A stretch of DNA of 57,872 bases from Bacteroidales bacterium UBA1195 (GTDB lineage Bacteria; Bacteroidota; Bacteroidia; Bacteroidales; WCHB1-69): contig DBYD01000054.1 in NCBI GenBank assembly GCA_002309855.1, forward strand, positions 4,272-62,143, written 5' to 3'. Under the pieces are notes generated by a model. It saw only the letters and a program-made list of their open reading frames with translations, was not told the DNA's origin and did no database searches. This document shows, piece after piece, positions 41,937 to 53,920 of the stretch (position 1 is its first letter; every line of letters begins with the position of its first letter). The position numbers were made by a program, and so were the translations under genes.

Positions 41937-43136
41937 TTAGTACATAAATCCCAATAGCCACAACGGCAGTTTGTTGCCGCGAGGCATCTCAATATTGTCA
42001 GCCAGCACGTAGGAATCAGGCATGTCCGCAATTTGGCCGAATGACTTGTTTCCCCCGCCAATCTCAAGTATGATGTGCCCGTCCACCTTGAAGTCTCCGG
42101 CCTGTTTGCCATATTCCACCACATGCTGCTGCATCAGCTGGTTGACGGCGAAGCATTCCCTCACGGTACCCTGATTGGCCACTTCTCCGCCAAGGGCATA
42201 AAGCAGATTGGGGTTTTCAAGGTATATCTTGTCAGGTTTCTGCAGTTTCTTTACAGATAAAATATCACTATACAGCAGGTTAAGCATCCCTGCATCGGAA
42301 AGGTCACGCAGATAAGCGATCACCGTGTTCCTTCCAGCCTCAATCAGGGAGGCAAGGTTAGTGATGTCCACCTCAAATGGAACCGAACGGGAAAGAATGG
42401 ACATAAGGGCCTTCAGTTTCCGGTTGCTCAATACATCCACACCGCGCAGCAGCGGCAGTTCGGCCTCAATAACATAGTTCATGGTCTGCTCAATCAGGGT
42501 ATGGTAGTCGGTGGGATTATGCAGATAATACGGATAATATCCGAAACGTAGATATTCATGGAAATGCTGCAACGGGCGGCACGCCTCGTTAACAGCGGCG
42601 GCAATCTGTTTCGGGTTTTGCAAGATTTCGTCCAACGTGTGAGCCTCCAGTTCGATACCCTTGTAAAACTGCAGGTATTCGCGCAGCGAGAGCCCCGGCA
42701 TATTGTATCCGACACAACGGCGTGAAAGGTCTGCATCCCCGTCTATCAGGTTAAGCATGGATGAGCCGCTGAGAAAGACCTGCATATCCGGGTAAAGGTC
42801 GGCTATCTCCTTTACCTCGCGGCTCCAACCGTTATATTTGTGCACCTCGTCCAGTATTAGCAGCCGACCTCCGTGCTGATGGAACTGTTCCGCAACCTTC
42901 AAAATGCTGCTGCTGGCGAAGTAGACACTGTCAAGTGTGCAATAGAGCGCCTCCTCGCTTCCAGCCGGAAACCGCTGTTTCACATACTGCCGGAGAAGGG
43001 TGGACTTGCCAACGCCACGGGCGCCACGAAGGCATAGCATCGGCGCATCCCAGTTGATGCGGGACATGTATCCGCGCACAATGTCAAGGCTTGTGGCTCT
43101 CAAATAGGCCTCCTGCTTTGCAAACAATTCATCCAT
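41937..43136 (-). CDS. AAA_14 ATPase with DUF4143-type C-terminal domain
   Basis: GARGVGKST, LDEVHKY..W, SGSS, DLSRR, KPDKIYL.NPNL, GDF.VD..EIGG. Confidence 0.88.
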   Translation of the reverse strand: MDELFAKQEAYLRATSLDIVRGYMSRINWDAPMLCLRGARGVGKSTLLRQYVKQRFPAGSEEALYCTLDSVYFASSSILKVAEQFHQHGGRLLILDEVHKYNGWSREVKEIADLYPDMQVFLSGSSMLNLIDGDADLSRRCVGYNMPGLSLREYLQFYKGIELEAHTLDEILQNPKQIAAAVNEACRPLQHFHEYLRFGYYPYYLHNPTDYHTLIEQTMNYVIEAELPLLRGVDVLSNRKLKALMSILSRSVPFEVDITNLASLIEAGRNTVIAYLRDLSDAGMLNLLYSDILSVKKLQKPDKIYLENPNLLYALGGEVANQGTVRECFAVNQLMQQHVVEYGKQAGDFKVDGHIILEIGGGNKSFGQIADMPDSYVLADNIEMPRGNKLPLWLLGFMY

Positions 43137-43439
43137 TTTTAATGACTTTTGTTTTACATACGAAACGTTTTTTCTATAGAAATGCTCTGTACTCATAGCA
43201 AATTTAAGCTATTTTTGCTATTTGTGTGAAGCATTTTCCAAATGCAAAAGTATACAACTTTTGGATACAAATGTATTTTTTTATAGAAAAAAAAGAAAAT
43301 CGCGGTTCCATTCCGCGCAATGCACGATTTTTTTTCACCCCATGAAAATCCGTATCACTTTTTCAAGTAAATTTGCATTTTGTACATATTAATTTATCTG
43401 ATTTGTAACTATCTTTACATTAAATAAATAGAGATAACC

Positions 43440-45296
43440 ATGAGCGAAAAAAGCGAGAAATTGTTTTCGGAGTTTCCGGAAATCAGCACCCCTGAATGGG
43501 AGGCGGCCATTGAAAAGGACCTGAAAGGCGCCGACTACAACAAGAAACTGGTATGGAAGACCGATGAGGGTTTTTCCGTGAAACCATACTACCGGTCGGA
43601 GGATCTGGAGGGGTTGGAATACCTTGCCTCGCAACCGGGGCAGTTCCCATACGTCCGCGGCGCATCGGCCGAAAACAACCGCTGGCGCATCGTTGAGGAG
43701 GTTCCTGAATGCGACCCTGCCGAAGCCAACCGTTCGGCCCGCACCAGCCTCTCAAAAGGTGCCGACGCCATCGTGTTCAACGTCAGCAAAGTCGCCGATG
43801 TGCAAACGTTTGAGCAGCTGATAGATGGCATTAACCTGAAGGATACCGTCCTCTATTTCAAGAAGCCGGAATGCCCCGTGAAATTCTCCGCCCTGTTGGC
43901 AGATTGGGCTGCAGGACATCCGCAGGAGGCGATCATGCTGCAGGGCGCACTCTTCTTCGACCCTGTCATGGACATGCTTCTGCAAGGGAAATTCTACCAC
44001 AATCGTGAAAAGGACATGGATGAGGCCATCGATGCCATGCGGCGTCTGATACCGCTGGCCCCGCACTTCTGCCCGATAAGCGTCATGGGGCACCTGTTCG
44101 GCAACTGCGGCGCCTCCAAAATACAGGAGATGGCCTACAGCCTGAACATCGCCAACGAATACCTCGCATACGCGACAGACCACGGCCTGGATATCCGCGA
44201 CGCGGCCACGCACCTTCACTTCACCTTCTCCATCGGATCGGACTATTTCATGGAGATTGCCAAGCTGCGTGCGCTCCGCCTGCTCTGGGCCACCCTCACC
44301 GCACAATACGGCGCCGACAACGGCGAAAGCGCCAGGCTGCGGCAGCTGAGCATCGCCTCATCTTGGGACAAGACCCTCTTCGACGCGCACATCAACATCC
44401 TGCGTAACACCACGGAAGGCATGAGCGCCGCCATAGGTGGTGCGGAGGCCATCCTGCTCCATCCCTTTGACGAGGCTTATAAGGATTCCGACGAATTCTC
44501 CCGCCATATCGCACGCAACGCCCAGATTATCCTTAAGGAGGAGTCACACTTCGACCGCGTGGTGGACCCCGCCGCAGGCTCCTACTATCTTGAAAACCTC
44601 ACCAACGCCATGCTTGAGCAGGCCTGGAACCTTTTCCGCGAGACTGAAAAGGCCGGCGGCATCATTGAGATGGGACTGAAAGGCGAAATCAAGGCTGCGG
44701 TTGAGGAATCCTGCAACAAGCGCAACCTGCAGATAGCGACCCGCAGGCGCACCATTCTCGGCACCAACCAGTACCCCAACCTTACGGAGAGCGTCTCCGA
44801 AAAGATCGTTTCAATGGAGCGTCCGCAGTACCCGGGACTCCAGCCCTACCGCGGAGCCATCCCGTTCGAGCGTCTGCGCCTTGAGACCGAGCAGTGGGCC
44901 GCCAAGCACGGCGGCAAACCGAAAGTGTTCCTCTTCAAGATAGGGAACCTCGCCATGCGGCAGGCACGCGCCGGATTCGTCACCAACTTCTTCGGCTGCG
45001 CCGGATACCAGATTGTGGAGACGGCCGGTTACGCCACCGCCGCTGAAGGCATAGCCGATGCGGTCGGAAGCAAGGCCGCCATCGTGGCTGTCTGCAGCTC
45101 CGACGACGAATATCCCACCTACGCGCCTGAGATTATCGCCGAAGTCAAGAAGCAGTGCCCGCAAAGCATCTGCATCATCGCAGGCAATCCGGAGAGCATG
45201 GAGGAACTGAAGGCTGCCGGTGCGGAGGACTTCATCCACGTCCGCACCAACATCCTTGAAAGCCTGACCGATTACAACAAAAAGATTTTAAAATAA
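43440..45296 (+). CDS. mutA: Methylmalonyl-CoA mutase small (beta) subunit
   Basis: [60 protein letters not shown]; no DxHxxG B12 motif. Confidence 0.9.
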   Translation: MSEKSEKLFSEFPEISTPEWEAAIEKDLKGADYNKKLVWKTDEGFSVKPYYRSEDLEGLEYLASQPGQFPYVRGASAENNRWRIVEEVPECDPAEANRSARTSLSKGADAIVFNVSKVADVQTFEQLIDGINLKDTVLYFKKPECPVKFSALLADWAAGHPQEAIMLQGALFFDPVMDMLLQGKFYHNREKDMDEAIDAMRRLIPLAPHFCPISVMGHLFGNCGASKIQEMAYSLNIANEYLAYATDHGLDIRDAATHLHFTFSIGSDYFMEIAKLRALRLLWATLTAQYGADNGESARLRQLSIASSWDKTLFDAHINILRNTTEGMSAAIGGAEAILLHPFDEAYKDSDEFSRHIARNAQIILKEESHFDRVVDPAAGSYYLENLTNAMLEQAWNLFRETEKAGGIIEMGLKGEIKAAVEESCNKRNLQIATRRRTILGTNQYPNLTESVSEKIVSMERPQYPGLQPYRGAIPFERLRLETEQWAAKHGGKPKVFLFKIGNLAMRQARAGFVTNFFGCAGYQIVETAGYATAAEGIADAVGSKAAIVAVCSSDDEYPTYAPEIIAEVKKQCPQSICIIAGNPESMEELKAAGAEDFIHVRTNILESLTDYNKKILK

Positions 45297-45301
45297 ACGA
45301 C

Positions 45302-46120
45302 ATGTTATACGCCATACTTATCCTGAGCATCATCGGCATACTTGCCGCCGTCATCCTCTATTTCGTCTCACAGAAGTTCAAGGTTGAGGAGGATCCGAGA
45401 ATCGAAACCATCACAGAGGCCCTGCCCGGCGCCAACTGCGGCGGATGCGGCTACGCGGGCTGCCACGCCTTGGCCGAAGCCATTGTCAGGACCGGCACCT
45501 CAAAGGGTATAACCTGCACCGCAGGAGGCAGCGAAGTTGCAGCCAAGGTTGCGGAAATCATGGGCGAGAAGGCGGAGGCCTCCGCTCCGAAAAAGGCGGT
45601 TGTGCGCTGCAACGGGAGCTGCGGCAACGCACCGGCAAAATACCACTACGACTCCGCACAGACCTGCGCCTACGCCAACATGTTGGGCGCCGGTGAAAGC
45701 GGCTGCGCCTTCGGATGCCTCGGCATGGGCGACTGTGTCCGCGCCTGCGGCTTCGGCGGCATCGCCATCGATCCGGAGAGCGGACTGCCCCGCATCAATC
45801 CGGAACGCTGTGTAGCCTGCGGCTCCTGCGTTAAGGCCTGCCCGAGGCAGATTATCGAAATCCGCACGCTCCTGAACGAAAACATAATCTTTGTGGCCTG
45901 CCGCAACCAGGAAAAGGGCGGTGAAGCCAAAAAGAACTGCTCCGCCGCCTGCATCGGCTGCAAGAAATGCGAGAAGAACTGCCCGCAGGCAGCCATCACG
46001 GTGGAGAACAACCTCGCCCATATCAACGACGCGCTGTGCAACGGCTGCGGCACCTGTCTGGCCAACTGCCCGACCGGAGCCATCCACAGCCTGATGCCAA
46101 TCCAAAAAGCGGAGGCATGA
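45302..46120 (+). CDS. rnfB: RnfB-like electron transport Fe-S subunit
   Basis: N-terminal [21 protein letters not shown], several CxxCxxCxxxCP motifs. Confidence 0.85.
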   Translation: MLYAILILSIIGILAAVILYFVSQKFKVEEDPRIETITEALPGANCGGCGYAGCHALAEAIVRTGTSKGITCTAGGSEVAAKVAEIMGEKAEASAPKKAVVRCNGSCGNAPAKYHYDSAQTCAYANMLGAGESGCAFGCLGMGDCVRACGFGGIAIDPESGLPRINPERCVACGSCVKACPRQIIEIRTLLNENIIFVACRNQEKGGEAKKNCSAACIGCKKCEKNCPQAAITVENNLAHINDALCNGCGTCLANCPTGAIHSLMPIQKAEA

Positions 46121-47409
46121 GGTACCCGGAAATCGACCCCGGCTTTTTTGTCCGGAACCGCCAGAAGCTGGTTTCGCTCCTTCCTGACAACGCCGCAGTG
46201 CTGGTGGTCTCCAACGACGAGATGCCCGACTCCGGCGATGAGACCCATCCATTCCACCAGAACCCCGACCTCTTCCACCTGACCGGCATCGACCAGGAGC
46301 AGACTCTGCTGCTGCTCTGCCCCAACCATTCCAATCCCGAATGCCGCGAACAGCTCTTCATAGTGCGCACCAATCCGACCATTGAAATCTGGAACGGGTA
46401 CAAGTACACCACGGAACATGCCTCCCGCGTCTCCGGCATACGAAATGTGCGCTGGAGGGATGATTTCGAACCAGCCCTGAAGGAGGTGATGGCTGAGGCC
46501 GGAACTCTATACATGGGACTGGACGAGGACTGGAAATGCTCCTTTGAGGTGGAGAAGCAGACACAGCGTTTCTGCAGGAAAATCCAACAGCAGTTCCCGC
46601 TTCACCAGTTGGGACGGCTGGCTCCAGTCATGCGCGAGCTGCGCCTTCGCAAGGAGCCTGTGGAGATAGACCTGATCAGTAAAGCGGTCGGCATAACCGC
46701 AAGGGCTTTCGACCGCGTACTGCACAGCATACGGCCGGGCATGGCGGAATATGAAGCTGAGGCTGAAATCACCTACGAGTTCATCCGTAGCGGCGCATCG
46801 GGACACGCCTTCTCCCCCATTGCCGCCTCCGGCAAGGACACCTGCGTCCTACATTATATTAAAAATGACAAGATATGCAAGGATGGCGACCTGCTGCTGC
46901 TGGATTTCGGCTGCCGCTACGCCAACTACCATAGCGACATAAGCCGTACAATCCCGGTAAACGGCCACTTCACGCCGAGGCAGCGCCAGGTATATGAGGC
47001 GTGCCACCGCATCTACACGGAGGCGAAGAGACACTACATTCCCGGCATGACCATCAACAAGCTGAACCGGATTGTCCACAAGCTTATGGAAAAGGAGCTG
47101 ATAGGGCTCGGACTCTTCACAGCGGAGGATGTGGCCGACAACAACGGCGACGCGCTGCCGCTCATCCGGAAATACTACATGCACAACATCGGCCACTTCC
47201 TCGGTCTTGACACCCACGATGTGGGCAACCGCGAGGTGGTGTTTGAACCGGGCATGATTGTCACATGCGAACCGGGAATCTACATTGCCGATGAGGGCAT
47301 CGGTGTCCGGATCGAGACCGACATGCTGGTGGCGGACTCCCCCATCGACCTTGGCGCGGAGATACCCTCCGGTGCGGATGAAATAGAAAAAATTATAAAC
47401 AGCAAATAA
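46117..47409 (+). CDS. pepP: Xaa-Pro aminopeptidase (M24B)
   Basis: [42 protein letters not shown]; ATGA overlap with rnfB. Confidence 0.88.
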   Translation: MRYPEIDPGFFVRNRQKLVSLLPDNAAVLVVSNDEMPDSGDETHPFHQNPDLFHLTGIDQEQTLLLLCPNHSNPECREQLFIVRTNPTIEIWNGYKYTTEHASRVSGIRNVRWRDDFEPALKEVMAEAGTLYMGLDEDWKCSFEVEKQTQRFCRKIQQQFPLHQLGRLAPVMRELRLRKEPVEIDLISKAVGITARAFDRVLHSIRPGMAEYEAEAEITYEFIRSGASGHAFSPIAASGKDTCVLHYIKNDKICKDGDLLLLDFGCRYANYHSDISRTIPVNGHFTPRQRQVYEACHRIYTEAKRHYIPGMTINKLNRIVHKLMEKELIGLGLFTAEDVADNNGDALPLIRKYYMHNIGHFLGLDTHDVGNREVVFEPGMIVTCEPGIYIADEGIGVRIETDMLVADSPIDLGAEIPSGADEIEKIINSK

Positions 47410-47417
47410 TCACACAC

Positions 47418-49970
47418 ATGAAAAGAATCTTCATTTTGATAGTCACCTGCCTTATGGCAGTTTCCGCTTCCGCGCAAAAGGTGGATGTCGCGATAGCACT
47501 TAAAGTTGCTGAAAACTTCTATGCAGGACAAAACCGGCAGAAAGCGGCCCCGCAATTGGAGCTCTACGTTGTGCAACAGGCCGAAGGAATGCAAAAGTCG
47601 GCGGAACAGCCCGTCTCCTACTACATCTTCAATGACGGCGTCCAGGGCTTTGTGATGGTGGCGGGCGACTACCGCATCAGCCCGATTTTGGGATATTCCA
47701 CCACAAACAGCTTCGACACCACCGGCATGCCGGACAACCTGCGCTGGTGGCTGCAGATGTACCGTGATGAGATCGCACAATACATTTCCGAGGCGGAAAC
47801 CTCCGCAGCCGATGCGCTTTGGGAGGCCTACCGCGAGGGAAACATCGCCGTCACAATGGGAACGACAGCAGTCGCACCGTTAGTGAAGACAAAGTGGAAC
47901 CAGGGATGGCCCTACAACAACCTCTGCCCCTACGACAGCAAGGCCAAGCACCGCTGCCCCTCCGGCTGCGTGGCAACGGCCATGGCACAGGTGCTGAAAT
48001 TCTGGAACTATCCCCAAAAGGGTGTCGGCTCCCACAGCTTCAACCATACCAAATATGGAAACCTCTCCGCCAACTTCGGTGCAACCACCTACGACTGGGC
48101 GCACATGAACAACACCTATCCCAGCGGCAGCGACACAGTGTCGCGCATGGCTGTCGCAACGCTGATGTACCACTGCGGCGTTAGCGTTGACATGGAATAC
48201 GACACAAACGGCAGCGGCGCGGTCGTATACATGCCGGACCGCTACGTGCAGTACTACGGCTTCTACGACGCACGCACCGCACTTAAAAACTATTTCGACT
48301 GTGACACCGTGCTCGGCTATTACCGTTCCGACTACAACAACCTTACCACATGGACAAACCTGCTGAAAAGCGAGTTGGATGCCGGACGGCCAATCCTTTA
48401 CGCCGGAACCGGCAATGCAGGAGGACACGCCTTCGTATGTGACGGCTACGACGCAAACGGCAAATTCCACATCAACTGGGGATGGGGCGGCACCTCCGAC
48501 GGCTATTTCGGCATTTCGGCGCTGAACCCCTCCGCACTTGGTACAGGCGGCGGAGCCGGAGGCTTCAACACAAACCAGCAGGCGCTTTTTGTCCGTCCCG
48601 GCACAAAGGAGACCGAGCACTACGACCTGCGGCTCTACAAGCAGCTCACCATCAGCCGCGACACCGTTCCGCTGAGTTCGCCTTTCAGCATAACTGCCCT
48701 GATTGCCAACTACGGCGACAGCAGCTATGCCGGAGCCTTCGCCATGGGCGTATACAAGAGTGACGGCAGCTTTGTCGGCTACATGGACACCAAGAACAAC
48801 CGCACGCTCAAAAACGGATATTATGATTCCATAGTGTTCTCCACCACCGGCATGTCCTCCCTGAGCAACGGTATCTACTACGCCAAGGCCTTCTACAAGA
48901 AAGGGGAAAGCTGGAAGGAGATTAACGGCGGCAACCACACCAACAAGCTCACCTTCTTTGTAGGAACCGGTGCCAGCATGGAATATGACCTCCGGCTTTA
49001 CAGCGTGCTGAGTGCAAGTAGCGAGCCTGTTATTGTCGGGAACACCTTCTACATCTACAGCTCTATCGGCAACTATGATGTCAAGAACTTCAACGGAACC
49101 ATCGCGGTTAACATCTATAACGAGGACGGCACCCAGATGGGCGTTTACGGACAGACAAAAATCGGGGAGCCGCTGCAGGCGGGGAAGTATGTCCCCAACT
49201 TCAAATGCAACTTCAACGCTGACCACGGGCTGCCGGCAGGCACCTACATAGCCAGCCTTGTATACACGACCGACGAGGATGACACATGGCACCTGATCGG
49301 TGACGGCAACTACAGCAACCGGCTGACATTCCGCATCTCCGATGGCAGCGGATATATCATGAAACTCTACAGCCCGCTGAGAATAAGCGCCGATCCCGTT
49401 CCTTACAACTCGGCCTTCAACATTACGGTCTCCATCCTCAACCAGGGTGAGGACGCCTACTCCAACGGCAAGCTTGCAATGGGCATTTTCGACACACAGG
49501 ACAATCTGGTCGGTTTTGTTCAGACCTACGAAAACATCTCACTGGGCATCCACAAATTTTTCAACAACGTCAGATTCTCCACCAACGGAATGCCTGAACT
49601 TGTGGCCGGCGGCAGCTATGTGGCCAAGGCATGCATGTATAACAACAAGACAAACGAATGGGACGTCGTATTGAGCGGAAACTACACGAACGCGCTTCCT
49701 TTCAGCATCAAGCAGGGGGTCGGCATTGCTGAGGCAAAATCCGGAGATGGAACGCCACACCCCAACCCCACCGCAGGAATTGTCACACTCAAACTGAATG
49801 GCGGAACCACCACCATAAAGGTGACGGATGCGGTCGGGAGGCTTCTTTTCACAGAGACCGCCGGTGAGGGCGAACACATCATCAACCTTAGCGGTTTCAG
49901 CGAGGGAATCTATTTTGTACGCACCATTTGCGGAACATCCGTTACAACCCATAAGGTAATCAAACTGTAA
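47418..49970 (+). CDS. C10 (SpeB/streptopain-like) cysteine protease with three repeated domains and a T9SS CTD
   Basis: Signal peptide, prodomain (GFVMVAGD..PILGYS), SGCVATAMAQ, GHAFVCDG, HINWGWGG; CTD PNPT..GIYFV..KVIK. Confidence 0.92.
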   Translation: MKRIFILIVTCLMAVSASAQKVDVAIALKVAENFYAGQNRQKAAPQLELYVVQQAEGMQKSAEQPVSYYIFNDGVQGFVMVAGDYRISPILGYSTTNSFDTTGMPDNLRWWLQMYRDEIAQYISEAETSAADALWEAYREGNIAVTMGTTAVAPLVKTKWNQGWPYNNLCPYDSKAKHRCPSGCVATAMAQVLKFWNYPQKGVGSHSFNHTKYGNLSANFGATTYDWAHMNNTYPSGSDTVSRMAVATLMYHCGVSVDMEYDTNGSGAVVYMPDRYVQYYGFYDARTALKNYFDCDTVLGYYRSDYNNLTTWTNLLKSELDAGRPILYAGTGNAGGHAFVCDGYDANGKFHINWGWGGTSDGYFGISALNPSALGTGGGAGGFNTNQQALFVRPGTKETEHYDLRLYKQLTISRDTVPLSSPFSITALIANYGDSSYAGAFAMGVYKSDGSFVGYMDTKNNRTLKNGYYDSIVFSTTGMSSLSNGIYYAKAFYKKGESWKEINGGNHTNKLTFFVGTGASMEYDLRLYSVLSASSEPVIVGNTFYIYSSIGNYDVKNFNGTIAVNIYNEDGTQMGVYGQTKIGEPLQAGKYVPNFKCNFNADHGLPAGTYIASLVYTTDEDDTWHLIGDGNYSNRLTFRISDGSGYIMKLYSPLRISADPVPYNSAFNITVSILNQGEDAYSNGKLAMGIFDTQDNLVGFVQTYENISLGIHKFFNNVRFSTNGMPELVAGGSYVAKACMYNNKTNEWDVVLSGNYTNALPFSIKQGVGIAEAKSGDGTPHPNPTAGIVTLKLNGGTTTIKVTDAVGRLLFTETAGEGEHIINLSGFSEGIYFVRTICGTSVTTHKVIKL

Positions 49971-49982
49971 CAGTACCGAATA

Positions 49983-52364
49983 ATGAAAGTTGTCCGCTGC
50001 CTGCCTGTTCTGGTTGTCATGATCTGCCTGTCGGCTGCCAGCCTGTACGGACAGCATTCCTACAGACTTAGCGGCTGGGTAAGGGATTCGGCCAGCGGCA
50101 AACCACTTTCCGGCGCACACATTTATATTGAACAGACCTCCCAAGGGGCCTCAACGACAGACAACGGCAGCTTCAGCCTCCTGCTCGACACCGGCACCTA
50201 TACACTCCGGAGCTCATACATCGGATACCAGACACGCACCATAACCCTGCGGATGCGGCCACATAACCAGCAGCTGAACATACTGCTCTGCCCGAAGGAT
50301 TTTGAAGGGAAAACCATCACCGTAACCGACCGGCGAATCCGCCAGCATGTGGAGGAGAGCCAGATGGGAAGGACAGAACTCCACATGGAGGAGGTGCGGA
50401 AAATGCCTGCCTTTTTCGGGGAGAACGATGTGCTGAAAAGCATCCAGCTGCTGCCAGGCATCCAGAGTTCCGGCGAAGGAAACTCCGGATTTAATGTTCG
50501 GGGAGGCGGCATTGACCAGAACCTGATACTGCTGGACTACACCAAACTATACAATGTCGGCCATCTGTTCGGCTTTTTTTCCGTCTTTAATGCGGATGCC
50601 GTACAGTCGGCAGAAATGATGAAGGGGGACATTCCCGCCGAATATGGCGGACGACTATCCTCCGCACTGAAGGTCAGCACCCCCAACGGAGATTTCCAGC
50701 ACTATCACGGCAAGTTGGGTGTCGGCCTGATTTTCTCCAACATTTTTCTGGAGGGCCCCATTGTCAAGGAGAAGGCCTCATTTCTGGTGGCAGGCCGCCG
50801 AACATACGTGGACGCGCTTATCCAGCCTTTCCTGAAAGAGACCTCATCCATGAAGGGGATGAAATTCTATTTTTATGACCTTAACGGGAAAATCACCTGG
50901 AAAATCAATCCTAACAACCACCTGTTCCTGACCGCCTACAACGGTTCTGACGCTTACGGTTTCAAAACCAACGGCGGTGCCATCTCATCCTTTTTCCAAT
51001 GGGACAACACAGCCACCTCCCTGCAATGGCTGCATTATTTCAACGCCAGCACCAGCATCAACAACCATTTTTCATTCACCAATTACGATTTCTACACAGA
51101 TATGGTGATGGAAATATACCAGATCATAGCCCGTTCCGGCATCCGGGACTACCATTTCCGAAGCGATGTTGACCAAAGCATCGGGAAACAGCAGTTCCAC
51201 TACGGGGCGGAATACACCTACCACCATTTCATCCCCAACAATTACGAGGCATATTCCGGAGAAACCGCCATGGACCTGCAGGATCGCGAAGCGCAGTTCG
51301 CCCATGATGCCGCCGCCTTCGCCTCCGCACAGCTGGAGCTTGGCAGGCGTTGGAAAGCACAGGCCGGTCTGCGATTTTCCTACTTCCAGCACACCGGTCC
51401 ATACCATCATTATGTGCTGAACGAAATCGGCCAGGTTGTTGACACCATCTTCACCCCCGCCGGGCAGCGGATAAAGGACTATATGGGGCTTGAGCCGCGC
51501 ATTTCGCTGCGCTATTCGCTGGATTCAAACAAATCTGTCAAGGCGGCCTACAACCACTGCTACCAGTATGTGCAGCAGGTGAGCCTGTCGAGCATCTCCC
51601 TGCCGACCGATGCCTGGATACCCTCCACGGAGAGCACCATGCCCCAATCGTGCGACCAGGTTGCAATCGGATGGTTCCAGAACTTTCCGAAACAGGATCT
51701 TACAGCCTCAATGGAGGCATATTACAAAAAAATGCACCACCTTACCGAATACAAGGCGGGATATTCCCCCTACAATGAGGCGGCATACGGCTATTCCGAC
51801 CCCTACACGCAGGGCGACGGCTGGTCATACGGCCTGGAATGGTTCGCCCAGAAGAACAGCGGACGTTGGAAAGGATGGTTAGGCTATACGCTCTCATGGT
51901 CGTTCCGGCAGTTTGAGCAGCTCAACAGCGGGAAGGTCTTCTGCGCAAAGAACGACCGGCGCCACGACGTTTCGCTGATGCTGGCCTACGACATCCTGCC
52001 CCAGCTGACGGCATCCCTCGTTTGGGTCTATGCCACCGGCAACACGATGACGGTGCCTGTCGGCTACTATTTTGTGGGTTACAATCTGGTTGTGGAATAC
52101 AGCGGGACAAATGCCTACAGGATGGATCCGTACCATCGTATGGATTTTTCGCTGAGCTGGATGTTCCGCCGGACGGAGCACTGCGAGCACAGCCTGCAAT
52201 TCTCGGTCTATAACCTGTATAACCGTAAAAATCCGTTCTTCATCAGCATACAGACCACAATGGAGGGCGAGGACATGACCAAGATGGCACTGCAGAGCCA
52301 GGCCTACCAGATGTCGCTCTTCCCCATCCTGCCCTCCCTCTCCTGGAACGTAAAGTTTCGCTAA
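49983..52364 (+). CDS. TonB-dependent receptor
   Basis: Carboxypeptidase-like N domain, plug (GENDVLKSIQLLPG, NVRGGG.DQNLIL, YGGRLSS), C-terminal NLYNRKN. Confidence 0.92.
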   Translation: MKVVRCLPVLVVMICLSAASLYGQHSYRLSGWVRDSASGKPLSGAHIYIEQTSQGASTTDNGSFSLLLDTGTYTLRSSYIGYQTRTITLRMRPHNQQLNILLCPKDFEGKTITVTDRRIRQHVEESQMGRTELHMEEVRKMPAFFGENDVLKSIQLLPGIQSSGEGNSGFNVRGGGIDQNLILLDYTKLYNVGHLFGFFSVFNADAVQSAEMMKGDIPAEYGGRLSSALKVSTPNGDFQHYHGKLGVGLIFSNIFLEGPIVKEKASFLVAGRRTYVDALIQPFLKETSSMKGMKFYFYDLNGKITWKINPNNHLFLTAYNGSDAYGFKTNGGAISSFFQWDNTATSLQWLHYFNASTSINNHFSFTNYDFYTDMVMEIYQIIARSGIRDYHFRSDVDQSIGKQQFHYGAEYTYHHFIPNNYEAYSGETAMDLQDREAQFAHDAAAFASAQLELGRRWKAQAGLRFSYFQHTGPYHHYVLNEIGQVVDTIFTPAGQRIKDYMGLEPRISLRYSLDSNKSVKAAYNHCYQYVQQVSLSSISLPTDAWIPSTESTMPQSCDQVAIGWFQNFPKQDLTASMEAYYKKMHHLTEYKAGYSPYNEAAYGYSDPYTQGDGWSYGLEWFAQKNSGRWKGWLGYTLSWSFRQFEQLNSGKVFCAKNDRRHDVSLMLAYDILPQLTASLVWVYATGNTMTVPVGYYFVGYNLVVEYSGTNAYRMDPYHRMDFSLSWMFRRTEHCEHSLQFSVYNLYNRKNPFFISIQTTMEGEDMTKMALQSQAYQMSLFPILPSLSWNVKFR

Positions 52365-52367
52365 TAC

Positions 52368-53072
52368 TCATACAACATCAACCGCTAAGGCGGCAAGGCT
52401 GACGATCACGTTGGGGGCTTCAAGGAGCTTGTTGGCGGCGGCCTCCATCGTGGAGCCGGTGGTGATGACATCGTCCACCAGCAGAAGGTGCTTACCTGCT
52501 ATCCGCGCCGGATCCGGCACGGCAAACACCGTGCGCACATTCTCCCACCGCTGGAAAGCGGAACGCTTCGTCTGGGTTGAGGTTGCCACCTGCCGCACCA
52601 GCACATCCGGCCAAACGGGCCTCTCCAACGCCATGGCGATTCCGGCTGCAATCTCCTCACTCTGGTTATAGCCGCGCAGCCGGAGTTTTTTCGGATGCAA
52701 GGGTATCGGCACCAGCGCATCTACCGTGAGGAACTGCGGATTCTGCCGCAACTCCTCCCCCAGCATCCGTCCGAAATAGCGTCCGATGTCGGGACGATCC
52801 TTGTACTTGAGATGATGTATCAGGGACTGAACGCCCCCACCCTTCTTGAACTTGAAAAGCGCCGCCGCCGCAACAACAGGCACACGGCCCCAAAAGAGCC
52901 TTTCGGTGTGGTTTGGCGAAAAGAGGCTGTCTTCGGTGCGGGGAAGATGAATGGAGCAATTTGTGCAGACGCATCGCTCGTTCCGCATCAGAACCTCCCC
53001 GCAGGCGGGGCAATAGTCCGGATAAAAGAGGGACAGGAAATCTCCAATCCATTGAAGGGTTGTGTATTTCAT
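52368..53072 (-). CDS. comF: ComF family phosphoribosyltransferase-like protein
   Basis: CPAC..CTNC, IHHLKY, PIPLH..RGYNQS, LLVDDVITTGST. Confidence 0.9.
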   Translation of the reverse strand: MKYTTLQWIGDFLSLFYPDYCPACGEVLMRNERCVCTNCSIHLPRTEDSLFSPNHTERLFWGRVPVVAAAALFKFKKGGGVQSLIHHLKYKDRPDIGRYFGRMLGEELRQNPQFLTVDALVPIPLHPKKLRLRGYNQSEEIAAGIAMALERPVWPDVLVRQVATSTQTKRSAFQRWENVRTVFAVPDPARIAGKHLLLVDDVITTGSTMEAAANKLLEAPNVIVSLAALAVDVV

Positions 53073-53246
53073 TTGATTACATTTTTTAAGGGTATTATTT
53101 TTCTTTTGGCAAAAGTAGACAAAAAAACAATACGCTCCCGAAAAAGAACCAACTCTTTTGCGGATGGTTATGGCATTATTTTTGCGCTATATAATAATTT
53201 GAATATTAATTAAATTTATCAAATTATACATTAAAATCTATTGAAG

Positions 53247-53906
53247 ATGAAAAAGTTAGCGATTCTTTTCACTGTGCTTTTTGCGGCAAGCACAGTTGCA
53301 GACGCCCAATTCTATGTCGGCGGTAAAGCGGATTTCGGATTCAAATCCAATAAAACAAAACAAGGCGCCAACACCTCCAATCCAACCAACACGATAAATT
53401 TCAGCATTGCACCCCGCGTCGGATTCAATCTGAACGACAAAATGGCAGTCGGACTGGATCTGTCCTATGGCAGTGAAATCACAAAAGCACCGAACGATCC
53501 GATATTGACTGATAAAAAATGGAGTAATAACACCATAGGTGCCGGCGTGTTCTTCCGCTACTACTGCATGTCCGTGGGCGGCTTTTCCATCTTTACGGAA
53601 GCGGAAGGCATGTTTTCCACAGGTACTTCAAAATTCAAATATCATGATGTCTTGCAGAATATTAACGTTGATCCGAAAGGCTATAGGACCAACATTTTGG
53701 ACATCAGCATCACACCGGGTATCGCCTTCAAGGTGAACGAGCATTTCGAAGTGGACGCCTATCTTGGACTGTTTGCAATCGACTTCAAACACGAGGTCAG
53801 ATCCAATGAGGATTCCTCTGTTGATGACATAACATTCGAAAACAACTTCGGATTGGGCGTTAACAACGGCAAAGCTCTGGCATTCGGATTTGTATATAAC
53901 TTTTAA
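53247..53906 (+). CDS. Outer-membrane beta-barrel protein
   Basis: Signal peptide ..ADAQFYVGG, FSIAPRVG, C-terminal FGFVYNF. Confidence 0.8.
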   Translation: MKKLAILFTVLFAASTVADAQFYVGGKADFGFKSNKTKQGANTSNPTNTINFSIAPRVGFNLNDKMAVGLDLSYGSEITKAPNDPILTDKKWSNNTIGAGVFFRYYCMSVGGFSIFTEAEGMFSTGTSKFKYHDVLQNINVDPKGYRTNILDISITPGIAFKVNEHFEVDAYLGLFAIDFKHEVRSNEDSSVDDITFENNFGLGVNNGKALAFGFVYNF

Positions 53907-53920
53907 AACCTTCAAAAAAC

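Noticed and set aside
47880-49292. Long antisense ORFs (470 aa here; also 1650-2744, 3552-4523, 26926-28011, 28936-30096, 30652-31812, 32686-33660)
   Set aside because: They lie opposite well-supported genes and have no recognisable motifs; they are shadow ORFs expected from codon bias
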